The notes: a model not told the origin generated them from the letters alone. A stretch of 48,697 nt of DNA from an uncultured Thiohalophilus sp. (GCA_964596835.1 CAZQVV010000004.1:1-48697); one strand, 5' to 3'; positions 18,924-29,244 are shown, counted from the first letter of the stretch. Numbers and translations: made by a program.

Positions 18924-19217
18924 TCAGCTCTTCCCATATAATCTTCTTAGCTCTTCTTTCGCCTGCTCAAGAACAAATTTCTGTTTGTTGCTCAGGTTCC
19001 TGCCAGCACGATTGATATAAAATACCAGCATTGACATGGCAGAATGAAATGGCGCAGCCTTGCGTCTTTGACTCCTGTCTGCAGATTTTTTTAATGATAA
19101 CGCAATTTTTACCGGATCACCCCAGGGAAACACACCTTCCTCCATATCGAGCGCGTGACTTTCTCAAGTGATCTTTGCTGACCATTTCTCCGATGAGGAT
19201 ATTTTTTTTCGTTTCAT
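18924..19217 (-). pseudogene. DUF3175-family gene interrupted by an in-frame TGA (codon 18, 19164-19166)
   Basis: ATG 19217 (MKRKKISSSEKWSAKIT) is in the same frame as ORF 18924-19145 (MEEGVFPWGDP...FHSAMSMLVFYINRAGRNL). The two are separated only by one TGA plus six sense codons. Confidence 0.6.
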
Positions 19218-19652
19218 TAGACACCCGTCTAACACTCACAATGAACTTTTAACCCATAGTCGCCTTGAGCCGATTCCGTAATTGCAATAAGGGCATGCAG
19301 TTGAGTACATTTTCTTTTTCCAACCAGCAAGGAACAGATGAAACCCGGCGGCAGGATGGTAATCCCGGTAGGCCACCCCCTTATGCCTCAGAATCTGATG
19401 CTGCTTGACAAAGATCGACCGGAGAAAAATAAATCTGTCCCCTTTTTCGGAACTTCGCGATGATGCACAGGATGCACGCAACAGACTGTTTAGCCTTCTA
19501 TCAGAAATTCCAGGCAAAGATAGCTATTCAGTCATCAAGCAACTCATTAGTGACCACCCTGATTCCGATTATCGCCCCTGGATGGTCAAACAGGCCTGCA
19601 AGCGAGCCGAAGAAGATGGCGATCTGGAGCCTCGAAAAAAGGGGACATATCT

Positions 19653-20282
19653 TCAGGGAGTAACCCGTTTTTTGGACAGCATGCCTTCGCGTTGAAGAAA
19701 TTCAATAACGATCTCCAGCCCCTTACCGCTTTTTAACTGGGTAAAGACAAAAGGTTTGTCGCCGCGCATGCGGCGGCTGTCTGTTTCCATTACCTGTAGA
19801 GATGCGCCCACATGCTCGGCCAGATCAATTTTGTTGATCACCAGCAGATCCGATTTGGTAATGCCGGGGCCGCCTTTGCGCGGGATTTTTTCACCCGAGG
19901 CGACGTCGATAACATAAATCGTTAAATCCGCCAGCTCCGGGCTGAAGGTGGCGCTGAGGTTGTCGCCGCCGCTTTCTATAAAAATCATATCCAGATCAGC
20001 AAACTTTTGTGACAGATCTTCGACTGCGGCGAGGTTCATGGAGGCATCTTCACGTATTGCCGTATGCGGACAGCCGCCGGTTTCCACGCCCACGATTCGC
20101 TCGGCTTCCAGCGCTTCGGCTTCGGTTAGAATACGCTGATCTTCACGGGTATAAATATCATTGGTAACGACTGCGATGCTGTAATCATTGCGCATGCTCT
20201 TGCATAACTGCTCCAGCAGGGCAGTTTTGCCCGAACCAACCGGACCACCGACTCCCACGCGTAACGGCGCTTTACGATTCAT
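19653..20282 (-). CDS. ureG: Urease accessory GTPase UreG
   Basis: GPVGSGKT P-loop, ETGGCPH, ESGGDNL. Confidence 0.96.
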   Translation of the reverse strand: MNRKAPLRVGVGGPVGSGKTALLEQLCKSMRNDYSIAVVTNDIYTREDQRILTEAEALEAERIVGVETGGCPHTAIREDASMNLAAVEDLSQKFADLDMIFIESGGDNLSATFSPELADLTIYVIDVASGEKIPRKGGPGITKSDLLVINKIDLAEHVGASLQVMETDSRRMRGDKPFVFTQLKSGKGLEIVIEFLQREGMLSKKRVTP

Positions 20283-20296
20283 ACTTTCTCCTGTGA

Positions 20297-20986
20297 TTAC
20301 GATCTAAATAAACGACTGTACTGATTTTCGTGCAGGCTGCTGGCAATTGCCAGCGCCGGGGTGCTGGCGCCGAGTTCATCATCCTCAAGCTGGCGCGCGC
20401 GTTCGACTAATGCTTCAATATTGGCACTGAGTTCATATAACAGTCGCTGAGCTTCGGTTTGTCCCAGGGGCACCAGTTTAATCGCTACCGCCACTGCATT
20501 TTCCAGCCAGCTCCAGCTATAGCCTATAAGTAAATCTTTTACGCCAATGCGCCAATGACTGGCGGCCAGTGCATAACCGGCGAGCTGGCTGGCTAAAAGC
20601 GCCGTTTTCCAACTTTCCAGTTCAGGCCAGCGTTCGTTGTCCGGCAATTTTTTCAGGATACTGAATAAAGCCCGCGCGCGTTGCTGCTCTTCATTTCTAA
20701 GCTCGCGGGTTTCACGGCTGGCGTAGAGCCATTGACTCCAGTGTTGAAACCATGCCTGATGATGGCTTTCAGCCGCCGCATACAGACGCGCTAGCAGAGG
20801 CAGTTCAAGATATTGTAGACTGTCTTTCAATACCGACTGCAACCAGCAGCGGGTATCACTTTCATTTTTCAGCCAACCGCATTCAACCGCCCACTCCATC
20901 CCCTGCGAATAGGTAAAGGCACCGGTCGGCAAGGTGGGGCTGATTAACTGCAACAGACGCAGGCCCGGCAGGCTGGACTCAGGCAT
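20297..20986 (-). CDS. ureF: Urease accessory protein UreF
   Basis: [19 protein letters not shown] motif and position between ureE and ureG. Confidence 0.9.
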   Translation of the reverse strand: MPESSLPGLRLLQLISPTLPTGAFTYSQGMEWAVECGWLKNESDTRCWLQSVLKDSLQYLELPLLARLYAAAESHHQAWFQHWSQWLYASRETRELRNEEQQRARALFSILKKLPDNERWPELESWKTALLASQLAGYALAASHWRIGVKDLLIGYSWSWLENAVAVAIKLVPLGQTEAQRLLYELSANIEALVERARQLEDDELGASTPALAIASSLHENQYSRLFRS

Positions 20987-21000
20987 GAAGCGGATGCCTC

Positions 21001-21477
21001 TCAGGCATGATTCGTTTCATGAGCATGGGAATGATGATGAGCATGGCTGTGCGCGGCCTGTTGATAAGCGCCCGCTTCCGGCTCAAAAGGCGCCTGTTCA
21101 ACTATCACCTCAAATCCCATCTGCCGAAGCATGTCGTCCAGCACATGATCATGCTGATAACGCAGCCAGTCCTTTTCTATTTGCAGAGGAATATGTCGAT
21201 TGCCAAGATGATAGGCTGCGCGTGCCAACAAGGTTGAATCATGGCAGCGCAGCGTTGATACCGTTTCAGACGCCGCAACGATTTCAATCACCAGACCGTC
21301 GTCACTGCCCAGCCTGTCGCCACCCCGAAGCAGATTGCCGCGGGGTAAAAACAGACCCACGTCTCGGCCATCATCCAGTTTGACTCGCAAACGGCTGCGT
21401 ACACGTTGCTCAATTGGCAAGGTTAAGCAGCCATCGGCGTTGAGATTTTTATCCAGTAATCGGGTAAGTTCTATCAT
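21001..21477 (-). CDS. ureE: Urease metallochaperone UreE with His-rich tail
   Basis: LGNRH motif and C-terminal HSHAHHHSHAHETNH. Confidence 0.9.
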   Translation of the reverse strand: MIELTRLLDKNLNADGCLTLPIEQRVRSRLRVKLDDGRDVGLFLPRGNLLRGGDRLGSDDGLVIEIVAASETVSTLRCHDSTLLARAAYHLGNRHIPLQIEKDWLRYQHDHVLDDMLRQMGFEVIVEQAPFEPEAGAYQQAAHSHAHHHSHAHETNHA

Positions 21478-21494
21478 GCTCTAGCCAATATAGT

Positions 21495-23198
21495 TCAAAA
21501 TAAAAAATAACGTTGCGCCATGGGCAAGACGGCGGCGGGTTCACAACGTAACAACTGTCCATCGGCGCGGACTTCATAGGTCTGTGCGTCTACCTCGATG
21601 TGCGGTGTATAGTGGTTGTGAATCAAATCCTTCTTTTTTACGTTACGCGTGTTTTTAACCACGCCAATGCGTTTTTGCAGACCTAACTGTTCAACCACGC
21701 CAGCCGATTTCGCGGCTGCGGAAATGAAGCTCATACTGGTAGCAGTCAACGCCTTGCCAAAGCTGCCAAACATGGGCCGGTAATGCACCGGCTGTGGGGT
21801 CGGGATGGAGGCATTGGCATCCCCCATCAGCGCATGCGCGATCATACCGCCCTTGATAATAAGAGCCGGTTTGACACCAAAGAAAGCCGGTGACCAGACA
21901 ACCAGATCGGCCAGTTTGCCCACTTCTACCGACCCCACCTCATGCGCGATACCATGCGAGAGGGCCGGGTTGATGGTATATTTTGCGATATAACGTTTGA
22001 CCCGGTTATTGTCGTTGTTTTCACTGTCACCTTTCAGCGAACCACGCTGGAGTTTCATTTTATGCGCCGTTTGCCAGGTGCGGATAATCACCTCGCCGAC
22101 CCGGCCCATGGCCTGAGAGTCGGAAGAAATCATCGAAAAAGCACCCAGATCATGCAGGATATCTTCGGCAGCAATGGTCTCGCGGCGAATACGCGACTCG
22201 GCAAAGGCCACGTCTTCGGCAATGGCCGGATCCAGGTGATGGCAGACCATCAGCATGTCCAGATGTTCATCAATGGTGTTGACGGTATAGGGCCGGGTCG
22301 GATTGGTTGACGAGGGCAACACGTTGTCGAGACCGCAGGCGCGAATGATATCGGGTGCATGCCCGCCACCCGCGCCTTCGGTATGATAGGTATGAATAGT
22401 ACGGCCCTCAAAAGCAGCAATCGTGTCTTCGACAAAGCCGGACTCGTTCAGGGTATCGGTATGAATGGCCACCTGCACATCAAATTTTTCCGCCACATTC
22501 AGGCAATTGCGAATCGTCGCCGGTGTCGTGCCCCAGTCTTCATGCAGCTTGAGTCCCATGGCACCTGCTTCGACCTGTTCCTGCAAGGGACCGGGCTGGC
22601 TGGCATTGCCCTTGCCCATAAAACCCAGGTTCATGGGAAAGGCTTCGGCGGCTTCGAGCATGCGCTGGATATTCCAGGGACCGGGCGTACAGGTGGTGGC
22701 ATTGGTGCCTGTAGAAGGACCGGTGCCACCACCCAGCATGGTGGTAATGCCCGAGGCCAGGGCTTCTTCGATTTGCTGGGGGCAAATAAAATGAATATGT
22801 GCGTCGATGCCACCGGCGGTAATAATCCTGCCTTCGCCGCCGATCACATCCGTGCCGGGGCCAATCAGAATATCGACGTTATCCTGTATGTCAGGATTGC
22901 CCGCTTTGCCGATAGCCGCGATGCGCCCGTTTTTAATTCCGATGTCCGCTTTGACAATGCCCCAGTGATCGATGATCAAGGCGTTGGTAATGACCACATC
23001 AGCAACCTCGGCAGCCATCGCCTGAGACTGGCCCATGCCGTCACGAATCACCTTACCACCGCCAAATTTGACCTCATCGCCATAAACAGTGAAATCCTTT
23101 TCCACTTCAATCCATAATTCAGTATCCGCCAGGCGTACTTTATCCCCCGTGGTAGGACCGAACATTTCAGCATAGGCCTGCCGACTCATTGTGACCAT
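21495..23198 (-). CDS. ureC: Urease alpha subunit
   Basis: [44 protein letters not shown]. The start overlaps the ureB stop (TAATG). Confidence 0.97.
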   Translation of the reverse strand: MVTMSRQAYAEMFGPTTGDKVRLADTELWIEVEKDFTVYGDEVKFGGGKVIRDGMGQSQAMAAEVADVVITNALIIDHWGIVKADIGIKNGRIAAIGKAGNPDIQDNVDILIGPGTDVIGGEGRIITAGGIDAHIHFICPQQIEEALASGITTMLGGGTGPSTGTNATTCTPGPWNIQRMLEAAEAFPMNLGFMGKGNASQPGPLQEQVEAGAMGLKLHEDWGTTPATIRNCLNVAEKFDVQVAIHTDTLNESGFVEDTIAAFEGRTIHTYHTEGAGGGHAPDIIRACGLDNVLPSSTNPTRPYTVNTIDEHLDMLMVCHHLDPAIAEDVAFAESRIRRETIAAEDILHDLGAFSMISSDSQAMGRVGEVIIRTWQTAHKMKLQRGSLKGDSENNDNNRVKRYIAKYTINPALSHGIAHEVGSVEVGKLADLVVWSPAFFGVKPALIIKGGMIAHALMGDANASIPTPQPVHYRPMFGSFGKALTATSMSFISAAAKSAGVVEQLGLQKRIGVVKNTRNVKKKDLIHNHYTPHIEVDAQTYEVRADGQLLRCEPAAVLPMAQRYFLF

Positions 23199-23527
23199 TA
23201 GTGTTTCTCCACTGAAGCGCGTGTCAGCGGCCCCATGATCCGGCCCTGAAAACCATACACTTCACGTTTCCCCGCATAAGCCACCAACTCAACCGTACGG
23301 CTTTGTCCCGGTTCGAATCGCACCGCCGTGCCCGCCGGAATATTGAGCCGATAACCGCGCGTTTTTTCACGTTTAAACTCCAACGCAGTGTTGGCCTCAT
23401 AAAAATGATAATGCGAACCGATCTGAATCGGTCGATCACCGCAGTTGGCAACATTAATACTTAAGGTTGAGCACCCGGCGTTGATTTCGATCTCGCCCGG
23501 GCTGATTTTCATTTCGCCTGGAATCAC
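23198..23527 (-). CDS. ureB: Urease beta subunit
   Basis: MIPGE...[17 protein letters not shown]. Confidence 0.95.
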   Translation of the reverse strand: MIPGEMKISPGEIEINAGCSTLSINVANCGDRPIQIGSHYHFYEANTALEFKREKTRGYRLNIPAGTAVRFEPGQSRTVELVAYAGKREVYGFQGRIMGPLTRASVEKH

Positions 23528-23536
23528 AACCTTCTC

Positions 23537-23839
23537 CTAAATAATGGGTTGATGCACCGTAACCAGTTTCGTTCCGTCAGGAAAAGTGGCTTCCACCTGC
23601 ACCTCATGAATCATCTCGGAAACTCCGTCCATAACCTGATCTGCACTTAAAATATGCCGACTTTCGTTCATCAACTCGGCAACTGTTTTACCCTCGCGCG
23701 CACCTTCCACGATCGCTGCGCTAATATAGGCCATGGCCTCGGGATGGTTGAGTTTAACGCCCCGCGCCAGACGGCGTTCGGCCAGCAAGGCGGCGGTAAA
23801 CAGCAGCAGTTTGTCTTTTTCACGCGGCGTTAAGTCCAT
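23537..23839 (-). CDS. ureA: Urease gamma subunit
   Basis: [35 protein letters not shown]. Confidence 0.96.
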   Translation of the reverse strand: MDLTPREKDKLLLFTAALLAERRLARGVKLNHPEAMAYISAAIVEGAREGKTVAELMNESRHILSADQVMDGVSEMIHEVQVEATFPDGTKLVTVHQPII

Positions 23840-23869
23840 ACGTTTTCCTTATATTCGATAATGTTTTCA

Positions 23870-23934
23870 TACCTACAGCCCAACCGATTACCGCACATTG
23901 TTGGGCTTCATAAACATCATTCAACCCAACCTAC
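23870..23934. repeat. Family-D short repeat, copy D2, in the ureD-ureA gap
   Basis: acctacagcccaacc...cattgttgggcttc...caacccaacctaca. Related to 17049-17130 in reverse orientation. Confidence 0.55.
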
Positions 23935-23941
23935 ATATATA

Positions 23942-24002
23942 GTAACTACTCACTCCGTAGAGAGTTAAAAACATATAGCCGGTGTGAGGGGTGAGTAGTT
24001 AC
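23942..24002. repeat. 12-bp perfect inverted repeat gtaactactcac / gtgagtagttac (37-nt loop) just downstream of the ureD stop
   Basis: Arms at 23942-23953 and 23991-24002, read directly. Confidence 0.8.
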
Positions 24003-24012
24003 CATAATATAG

Positions 24013-24870
24013 TTATGTTGCCCATATTCGCGGCAGTACGGCGGCGCGGCCCAGCAACATCGGGCGTAGCGCCTGCCAGACGGCGATCATCTGTTTTTTT
24101 AATGTTTCACTGTTATTTCCCAGCGCGCGCATCACCAGCAGGCCGTCGATCAAGCTGACCCCCATCAGGCTGGAGGACCCCTGCATGGCAAGCTGGCGGC
24201 GGGCGCTTTCCAGATGGCTGTCGTCACAGGGGAACGCCAGCAAGGTCGCCTGTACCGGCTGCCCACGCAAACCAGCAGCGGCATCCAGGCCTTGCGGGTC
24301 GAGTATGCGCTGGTTTTCTACCAGCAATAATTTCTGATTATGGTAAAACTCCAGGCGCGAATCAAACGCGCCCTGTTCAAATCGTTCACCGCTGCTCGGA
24401 CGACCAAGACAGCTCACATCCCAGCCGAGAAAGACGGCATCGTCTTCCAGTTCAATTCGAGTGCGGGCCTGCAAACGGGCACCGGCAAACAAAATGTTTT
24501 CCTGCGGCAACCATTCGAGACTGGCGCCCGCTTCGACCCGCAAATGCTGATCCAGCATAGCCCGGCTGCCTGCGCTTAAATAGAATTTTCCAGAGCCGGG
24601 AGTGGTGCATAGCACCTGCGCCTGCGTATGAATATTCAGTTTGATATTCAGGCGGTCACCGCCGACTACGCCACCGGGGGGATGTAAAATATAAACATGG
24701 GCAAGATTGGCTTCCGGATAAAAAAGACGCTGCACGCGTAAGGGGCCACAATGGTGACAGTGTCCCAGAACAGTCCGGGACCTGACCTGTTTAAATGCCA
24801 GTTGCAGATCGGCCCGCCAGCCGTCAACGTCACTATAATTCTGCGCTCTGTTTATACCCGCCGGATTCAT
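24013..24870 (-). CDS. ureD: Urease accessory protein UreD (UreH)
   Basis: Size, position and the HPPGGVVGGD motif. The start overlaps the urtE stop (ATGA). Confidence 0.88.
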   Translation of the reverse strand: MNPAGINRAQNYSDVDGWRADLQLAFKQVRSRTVLGHCHHCGPLRVQRLFYPEANLAHVYILHPPGGVVGGDRLNIKLNIHTQAQVLCTTPGSGKFYLSAGSRAMLDQHLRVEAGASLEWLPQENILFAGARLQARTRIELEDDAVFLGWDVSCLGRPSSGERFEQGAFDSRLEFYHNQKLLLVENQRILDPQGLDAAAGLRGQPVQATLLAFPCDDSHLESARRQLAMQGSSSLMGVSLIDGLLVMRALGNNSETLKKQMIAVWQALRPMLLGRAAVLPRIWAT

Positions 24871-25562
24871 ACCGTCAGATATTTCTTGACCAGCGATTCG
24901 GACAGCTCGTCTACCTGACCATGGGCCACCCGGCGACCCCGATCAAGTATGTAAAACTGATCCGCAACCTTCTTTACAAAGTGTAATTTTTGTTCCACCA
25001 ACAACACCGTCATACCGACATCATGATTGAGCTTGCGTATAACATCACCTATTTCGACAACAATATTAGGCTGAATGCCTTCCGTGGGTTCATCCAGAAT
25101 CAGCAGTCTGGGATTGATGACCAGAGCACGGCCAATAGCTAGTTGCTGTTGCTGCCCACCGGACAGATCACCCCCACCACGATAGCGCATTTCCTTTAAA
25201 ACCGGAAACAGTTCATAAATGAATTCCGGTATCTTGCGCACGCGATCAGGACGGGCCGGCAGGCCGATTTGTAGATTTTCTTCCACCGTAAGCAGGGAAA
25301 AAATCTGTCGACCCTGAGGAACATAACCAATACCGAGCCTTGCCCGGTGTTCCATCGGTAGGCTATGCAGCGGCATATCCTGGTATTTGATTTCCCCCGA
25401 AGCCAGCGGCAAGGCTCCCATAATGCAGTCGAGCATGGTGGTCTTGCCCACCCCGTTGCGCCCCATCAGACAGGTACACTTGCCTTTAGGAACATCAAGA
25501 TCAACATCCCATAGGGTATGACTTTGTCCGTAAAACTGGTTAAGACCCTGGACTTTTAACAT
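24867..25562 (-). CDS. urtE: Urea ABC transporter ATP-binding protein UrtE
   Basis: Walker A GRNGVGKTT, signature LSGGQQQ, Walker B LLILDEP. LivF-like and last in the urt set. Confidence 0.9.
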   Translation of the reverse strand: MLKVQGLNQFYGQSHTLWDVDLDVPKGKCTCLMGRNGVGKTTMLDCIMGALPLASGEIKYQDMPLHSLPMEHRARLGIGYVPQGRQIFSLLTVEENLQIGLPARPDRVRKIPEFIYELFPVLKEMRYRGGGDLSGGQQQQLAIGRALVINPRLLILDEPTEGIQPNIVVEIGDVIRKLNHDVGMTVLLVEQKLHFVKKVADQFYILDRGRRVAHGQVDELSESLVKKYLTV

Positions 25563-25567
25563 ACTAT

Positions 25568-26398
25568 CTATTCCCCCAGATAAACTTCGATGACGCGCGG
25601 ATCCGCCTGCATCTGCGCCATGGTGCCCTCGGCCAGCACGCTGCCCTGATGTAACACCGTCACCTTACGCGCGATCGAGCGCACAAAGTCCATATCGTGT
25701 TCGACCACAATCACCGAATGTTTACCGGCCAATGAGGTCAGCAGTTCGGCAGTGCGTTCCATTTCCTGATGGGTCATCCCGGCCACCGGCTCATCGACCA
25801 GTAGCAACTCCGGCTTTTGCATCAGTAGCATGCCGATTTCCAACCATTGCTTCTGACCGTGTGAGAGCTTGCCCGCCGGGCCCACCGCCAGTTCGCCAAG
25901 GCCGATGATGCCTAGCACCTCATCAATCTGGTCACGCTGTTCACCACTGAGACGCGCCATCAACAAGGGCCAGACGCGCTTGTCCTGCGCCATCGCCAGC
26001 TCAAGATTCTGCAGGACCGTCAGATTTTCAAATACCGTCGGTTTCTGAAATTTACGCCCGATGCCCGCTTCGGCAATCTCCGGTTCATCCATCTGCAAAA
26101 GATTGAGACGTTGCCCGAACCAGGCCTGACCGGTATCCGGACGCGTTTTGCCAGTAATTATGTCCATCATCGTTGATTTTCCGGCGCCATTCGGCCCGAT
26201 GATACAGCGCAACTCCCCGGTTTCGATATACAGGTTGAGATTGTTAATCGCTTTGAAACCATCAAAGCTTTTATTCAACCCTTCCAGATACAAAATAATA
26301 TTGTGGCTGAGATCGAGACCCGGCGGCCGCGGCTGAGGCAGGAGATCAAATACCCGATCACGCCGCAAAAATTTACGTAAGGCCTGGGCCGGTTTCAT
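25568..26398 (-). CDS. urtD: Urea ABC transporter ATP-binding protein UrtD
   Basis: Walker A GPNGAGKST, LSHGQKQ, LLLVDEP. Start trimmed to ATG 26398, which overlaps the urtC stop (ATGA). Confidence 0.9.
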   Translation of the reverse strand: MKPAQALRKFLRRDRVFDLLPQPRPPGLDLSHNIILYLEGLNKSFDGFKAINNLNLYIETGELRCIIGPNGAGKSTMMDIITGKTRPDTGQAWFGQRLNLLQMDEPEIAEAGIGRKFQKPTVFENLTVLQNLELAMAQDKRVWPLLMARLSGEQRDQIDEVLGIIGLGELAVGPAGKLSHGQKQWLEIGMLLMQKPELLLVDEPVAGMTHQEMERTAELLTSLAGKHSVIVVEHDMDFVRSIARKVTVLHQGSVLAEGTMAQMQADPRVIEVYLGE

Positions 26399-27483
26399 GC
26401 TTTTGCACCTCGCAAGTTGCGTAATCCGGCGATACCTCTGGGTAAATAAAGTGTGGACAGAACAAACAGTGCGCCCAGAGCATACAGCCATATATCAGGC
26501 AGGGCGGCGGTGAAATAGGTTTTCGCGTAGTTCACCAGTATGGCGCCAATGATGGCACCATACAGTGTGTTTCGCCCCCCGATGGCAACCCAAACAATCA
26601 GCTCAATAGAATTCAGGGGAGAAAATTCACCGGGATTAATAATACCGACCTGAGGCACATAGAGCGCACCCGCGATCCCCGCCAGTACGGCTGAAAAAAC
26701 AAAAATCCATAACTTAATATTTTCCACCCGATAACCTATAAAGCGACTACGACTTTCAGCGTCACGAATGGCGACACAGGCTAACCCCAGACGCGAACTG
26801 ACGATATAACGGCTAATCGCATAACCTATCGCCAGGGCTCCCGACGACGCCAGAAACAATCCAATACGGGTCGTGTCTTCGCGCAGGTCGAAGCCAAGAA
26901 TATCTTTAAAATCCGTCAGACCGTTGTTACCGCCAAAACCCATTTCATTGCGAAAAAAGGCCAGCATCAGTGCATAGGTCATCGCCTGGGTGATGATCGA
27001 TAAATACACCCCGGTCACACGCGAACGAAAAGCCAGGTAACCAAAAACATAAGCCAATATGCCGGGGATGAGCATGACCATCAGGACAGCCAACCAAAAA
27101 TGGTCAAAACCATGCCAGAACCAGGGCAGTTTATGCCAGTTCAGAAAAACCATAAAATCCGGCAAAATCGGATTACCATAAACACCGCGGTCACCAATCT
27201 GGCGCATGAGGTACATGCCCATAGCATAGCCGCCGAGAGAAAAAAAAGCGCCATGGCCCAGACTGAGAATTCCCAGATACCCCCAAACCAGATCAGCCGC
27301 CAGGGCCAGCAAGGCATAGGTTAGGTACTTACCCAGCAGAGTGACCGTATAGGTTGAAAGATGGAAAGCGCTACTTTCCGGAACCAGAAGATTGAGTAGC
27401 GGTACGGCAATACTTACCGCTAACAGGGTTGCCAGTAAATAAATACCGGGTTTGTCATTTTTAATGATATTCAGCATTCGCAT
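26395..27483 (-). CDS. urtC: Urea ABC transporter permease UrtC
   Basis: LivM-like polytopic permease in the urt order. Confidence 0.9.
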   Translation of the reverse strand: MRMLNIIKNDKPGIYLLATLLAVSIAVPLLNLLVPESSAFHLSTYTVTLLGKYLTYALLALAADLVWGYLGILSLGHGAFFSLGGYAMGMYLMRQIGDRGVYGNPILPDFMVFLNWHKLPWFWHGFDHFWLAVLMVMLIPGILAYVFGYLAFRSRVTGVYLSIITQAMTYALMLAFFRNEMGFGGNNGLTDFKDILGFDLREDTTRIGLFLASSGALAIGYAISRYIVSSRLGLACVAIRDAESRSRFIGYRVENIKLWIFVFSAVLAGIAGALYVPQVGIINPGEFSPLNSIELIVWVAIGGRNTLYGAIIGAILVNYAKTYFTAALPDIWLYALGALFVLSTLYLPRGIAGLRNLRGAKA

Positions 27484-27486
27484 GAA

Positions 27487-29112
27487 TTAATCCTCTGCTG
27501 CACGGCCGCGTTGAGGAAACAGGCCCTTGGGGCGTTTCTGGATAAACAGGATGATAAAAATCAAAACCATAATCTTGGCCAGGACCGCCCCGACCCAGGG
27601 TTCCAGCACTTTACTGATTACGCCGAGACCCATTCCGGCCACTAAGGTACCCCACAAATTGCCTACCCCGCCAAACACCACCACCATAAAAGAGTCAATG
27701 ATGTAAGCCTGTCCGAGGTTGGGACCAACATTGGTCAAAAGACTTAGCGCCACACCGGCCAGCCCGGCAATACCTGAGCCAAGCCCAAAGGTCAGCGCAT
27801 CCACCCACTCTGAACGTACCCCCATGGCGCGGGCCATTCTTCGGTTCTGTGAGACAGCACGCACCTGCAAACCTAATCGTGTTTTTTTCATCACAAGAAT
27901 CAAGACGCTAAATACCAGCAAACAGAAAATGATGATATAAAAACGATTCCAGGTCAGTTCCAGCATATCGTTGATCTTCCAAGCGCCAGACATCCATTGA
28001 GGGGTTTCGACACTACGATTCAACGGTGAGAAAATCGAGCGCACAGTCTGTTGCAGGATCAGACTGACACCAAATGTCGCCAGCAAGGTTTCCAGTGGCC
28101 GCCCATATAAATGACGAATGACGCTACGCTCAATGCCAATACCCACCAGACCAGAAACTATAAAGGCCGCTGGAATAGCGACCAGGATCGACAGAGCAAT
28201 ATGGTTGGGCATTAAAAGCTGGATAACATAGGTGGTGTAGGCGCCGATCATCATTAATTCACCGTGAGCCATATTGATCACTCCCATCACGCCAAAAGTG
28301 ATCGCAAGGCCAATCGCCGACAGGGCTAAAACCGAACCCAGACTCAGACCGAAGAACAGAGTTTCCGCCTTCGCGTATAGATCGCGCTGATCATTGATCT
28401 TGTTTATCGCAGTCTGGGCCTTCTTTTTCAGTGCCTTATTTGGAGCCTGATAATTTGTCAGCGCATTCATAGCCGAGGTATTGAGGCTCCCCGTCAAGGT
28501 ACCAATCGCATTCATCTGTGCCGCTTCATCCCCATTTTTAAGCTGGCCTATAGCCCTCAGGGTCCGCATGGCCGTCAGAACCTTAGGATCCGTTTCTTTC
28601 GCTATCATCGCATCGATCAGGCGTGTAGCCTGAGTTTCCGGATGTTTTAAAAGCTCTTGTACTGCAGACAGTCTGATTGCAGGATCATTGTTTTTGAGCT
28701 GCATTACCGCCAGAGACTGGCGTATCAGACCCCTTAGTCGGTTATTGATTCTTGCTTTTTTAAACCCCCGTTTTCTCTCCTGCGTGATCACTTCAGATCC
28801 AAACAGGGCGGTGAAGGTATAGTTGTCATCTTTTTGCTTAAGGATATAAAGTTCTTTGCTGTATTTGGCAAAATACAATTGCCCTTCCAGCATCGATTTT
28901 AAGGCCACATAAGCTTCTGCCGGATTATGTTGTGCAATAACCTCAATCGCTCGCGCCTTGCTGCGGTAACTTTGTGAACTAAGCGTTTTCCATGATTTCG
29001 CCAAGGTCATTTCAGCGGCCACCGATGCCTGCACGAAACCCATCAGGATAGAGAAACACAGCAGCAGCGACACCCATTTTCTGGCTGGAAATATTATTGC
29101 AAATTCAGACAT
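27487..29112 (-). CDS. urtB: Urea ABC transporter permease UrtB with about 245-aa N-terminal extension
   Basis: The C-terminal roughly 295 aa are LivH-like (INMAHGELMMIGAYT). The N-terminus has a signal/anchor followed by a helical repeat-like region. Confidence 0.88.
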   Translation of the reverse strand: MSEFAIIFPARKWVSLLLCFSILMGFVQASVAAEMTLAKSWKTLSSQSYRSKARAIEVIAQHNPAEAYVALKSMLEGQLYFAKYSKELYILKQKDDNYTFTALFGSEVITQERKRGFKKARINNRLRGLIRQSLAVMQLKNNDPAIRLSAVQELLKHPETQATRLIDAMIAKETDPKVLTAMRTLRAIGQLKNGDEAAQMNAIGTLTGSLNTSAMNALTNYQAPNKALKKKAQTAINKINDQRDLYAKAETLFFGLSLGSVLALSAIGLAITFGVMGVINMAHGELMMIGAYTTYVIQLLMPNHIALSILVAIPAAFIVSGLVGIGIERSVIRHLYGRPLETLLATFGVSLILQQTVRSIFSPLNRSVETPQWMSGAWKINDMLELTWNRFYIIIFCLLVFSVLILVMKKTRLGLQVRAVSQNRRMARAMGVRSEWVDALTFGLGSGIAGLAGVALSLLTNVGPNLGQAYIIDSFMVVVFGGVGNLWGTLVAGMGLGVISKVLEPWVGAVLAKIMVLIFIILFIQKRPKGLFPQRGRAAED

Positions 29113-29244
29113 ATCTGATCTCGTTTCATAATAAAAAGGGGTGCATAGAACAAAAACGAAATCCTGTTCGCTGACATCCTATACACCCAGACTCAAAAGA
29201 GTATCGTCGTAGTACGATACCCTTTGAGCGTTACTGCAGAGAGT

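Noticed and set aside
19164-19166. The TGA in the DUF3175 gene as a selenocysteine codon.
   Set aside because: No Cys/Sec-type redox context exists in this family as far as I know. The aligned residue is remembered as Arg (CGA). I saw no obvious SECIS hairpin just downstream. A nonsense mutation is the simpler explanation, but it is kept as a finding for checking.
21001-21060. Histidine-rich low-complexity tail (HSHAHHHSHAHETNH).
   Set aside because: This is the normal nickel-binding C-terminus of many UreE proteins, not an anomaly.
22359-23117. Long antisense ORFs inside well-supported genes: 22359-23117 in ureC, 12337-13017 in hyuB, 10599-11246 in asnB, 1478-2035 in rnt, 3472-4047 in the SulP gene, 40912-41352 in the SH3 gene and 45467-45943 in the SNF2 gene.
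   Set aside because: They lie opposite strong homology-supported CDSs. Their products are Arg/Gly/His-rich and low in complexity, as is typical of shadow frames in GC-biased coding DNA. They have no recognisable motifs.
25568-26491. N-terminal extensions of tracked ORFs: urtD to 26491, porin to 31856, phoB to 40473, asnB to 12296, TlpA fusion to 9915, hyuB to 14028, SNF2 to 44661.
   Set aside because: The extensions overlap upstream genes or repeats, or lack homology. Internal starts restore canonical N-termini: MCGI for the amidotransferase, signal peptides for the porin and the TlpA fusion, ATGA coupling for urtD, and [15 protein letters not shown] for PhoB.
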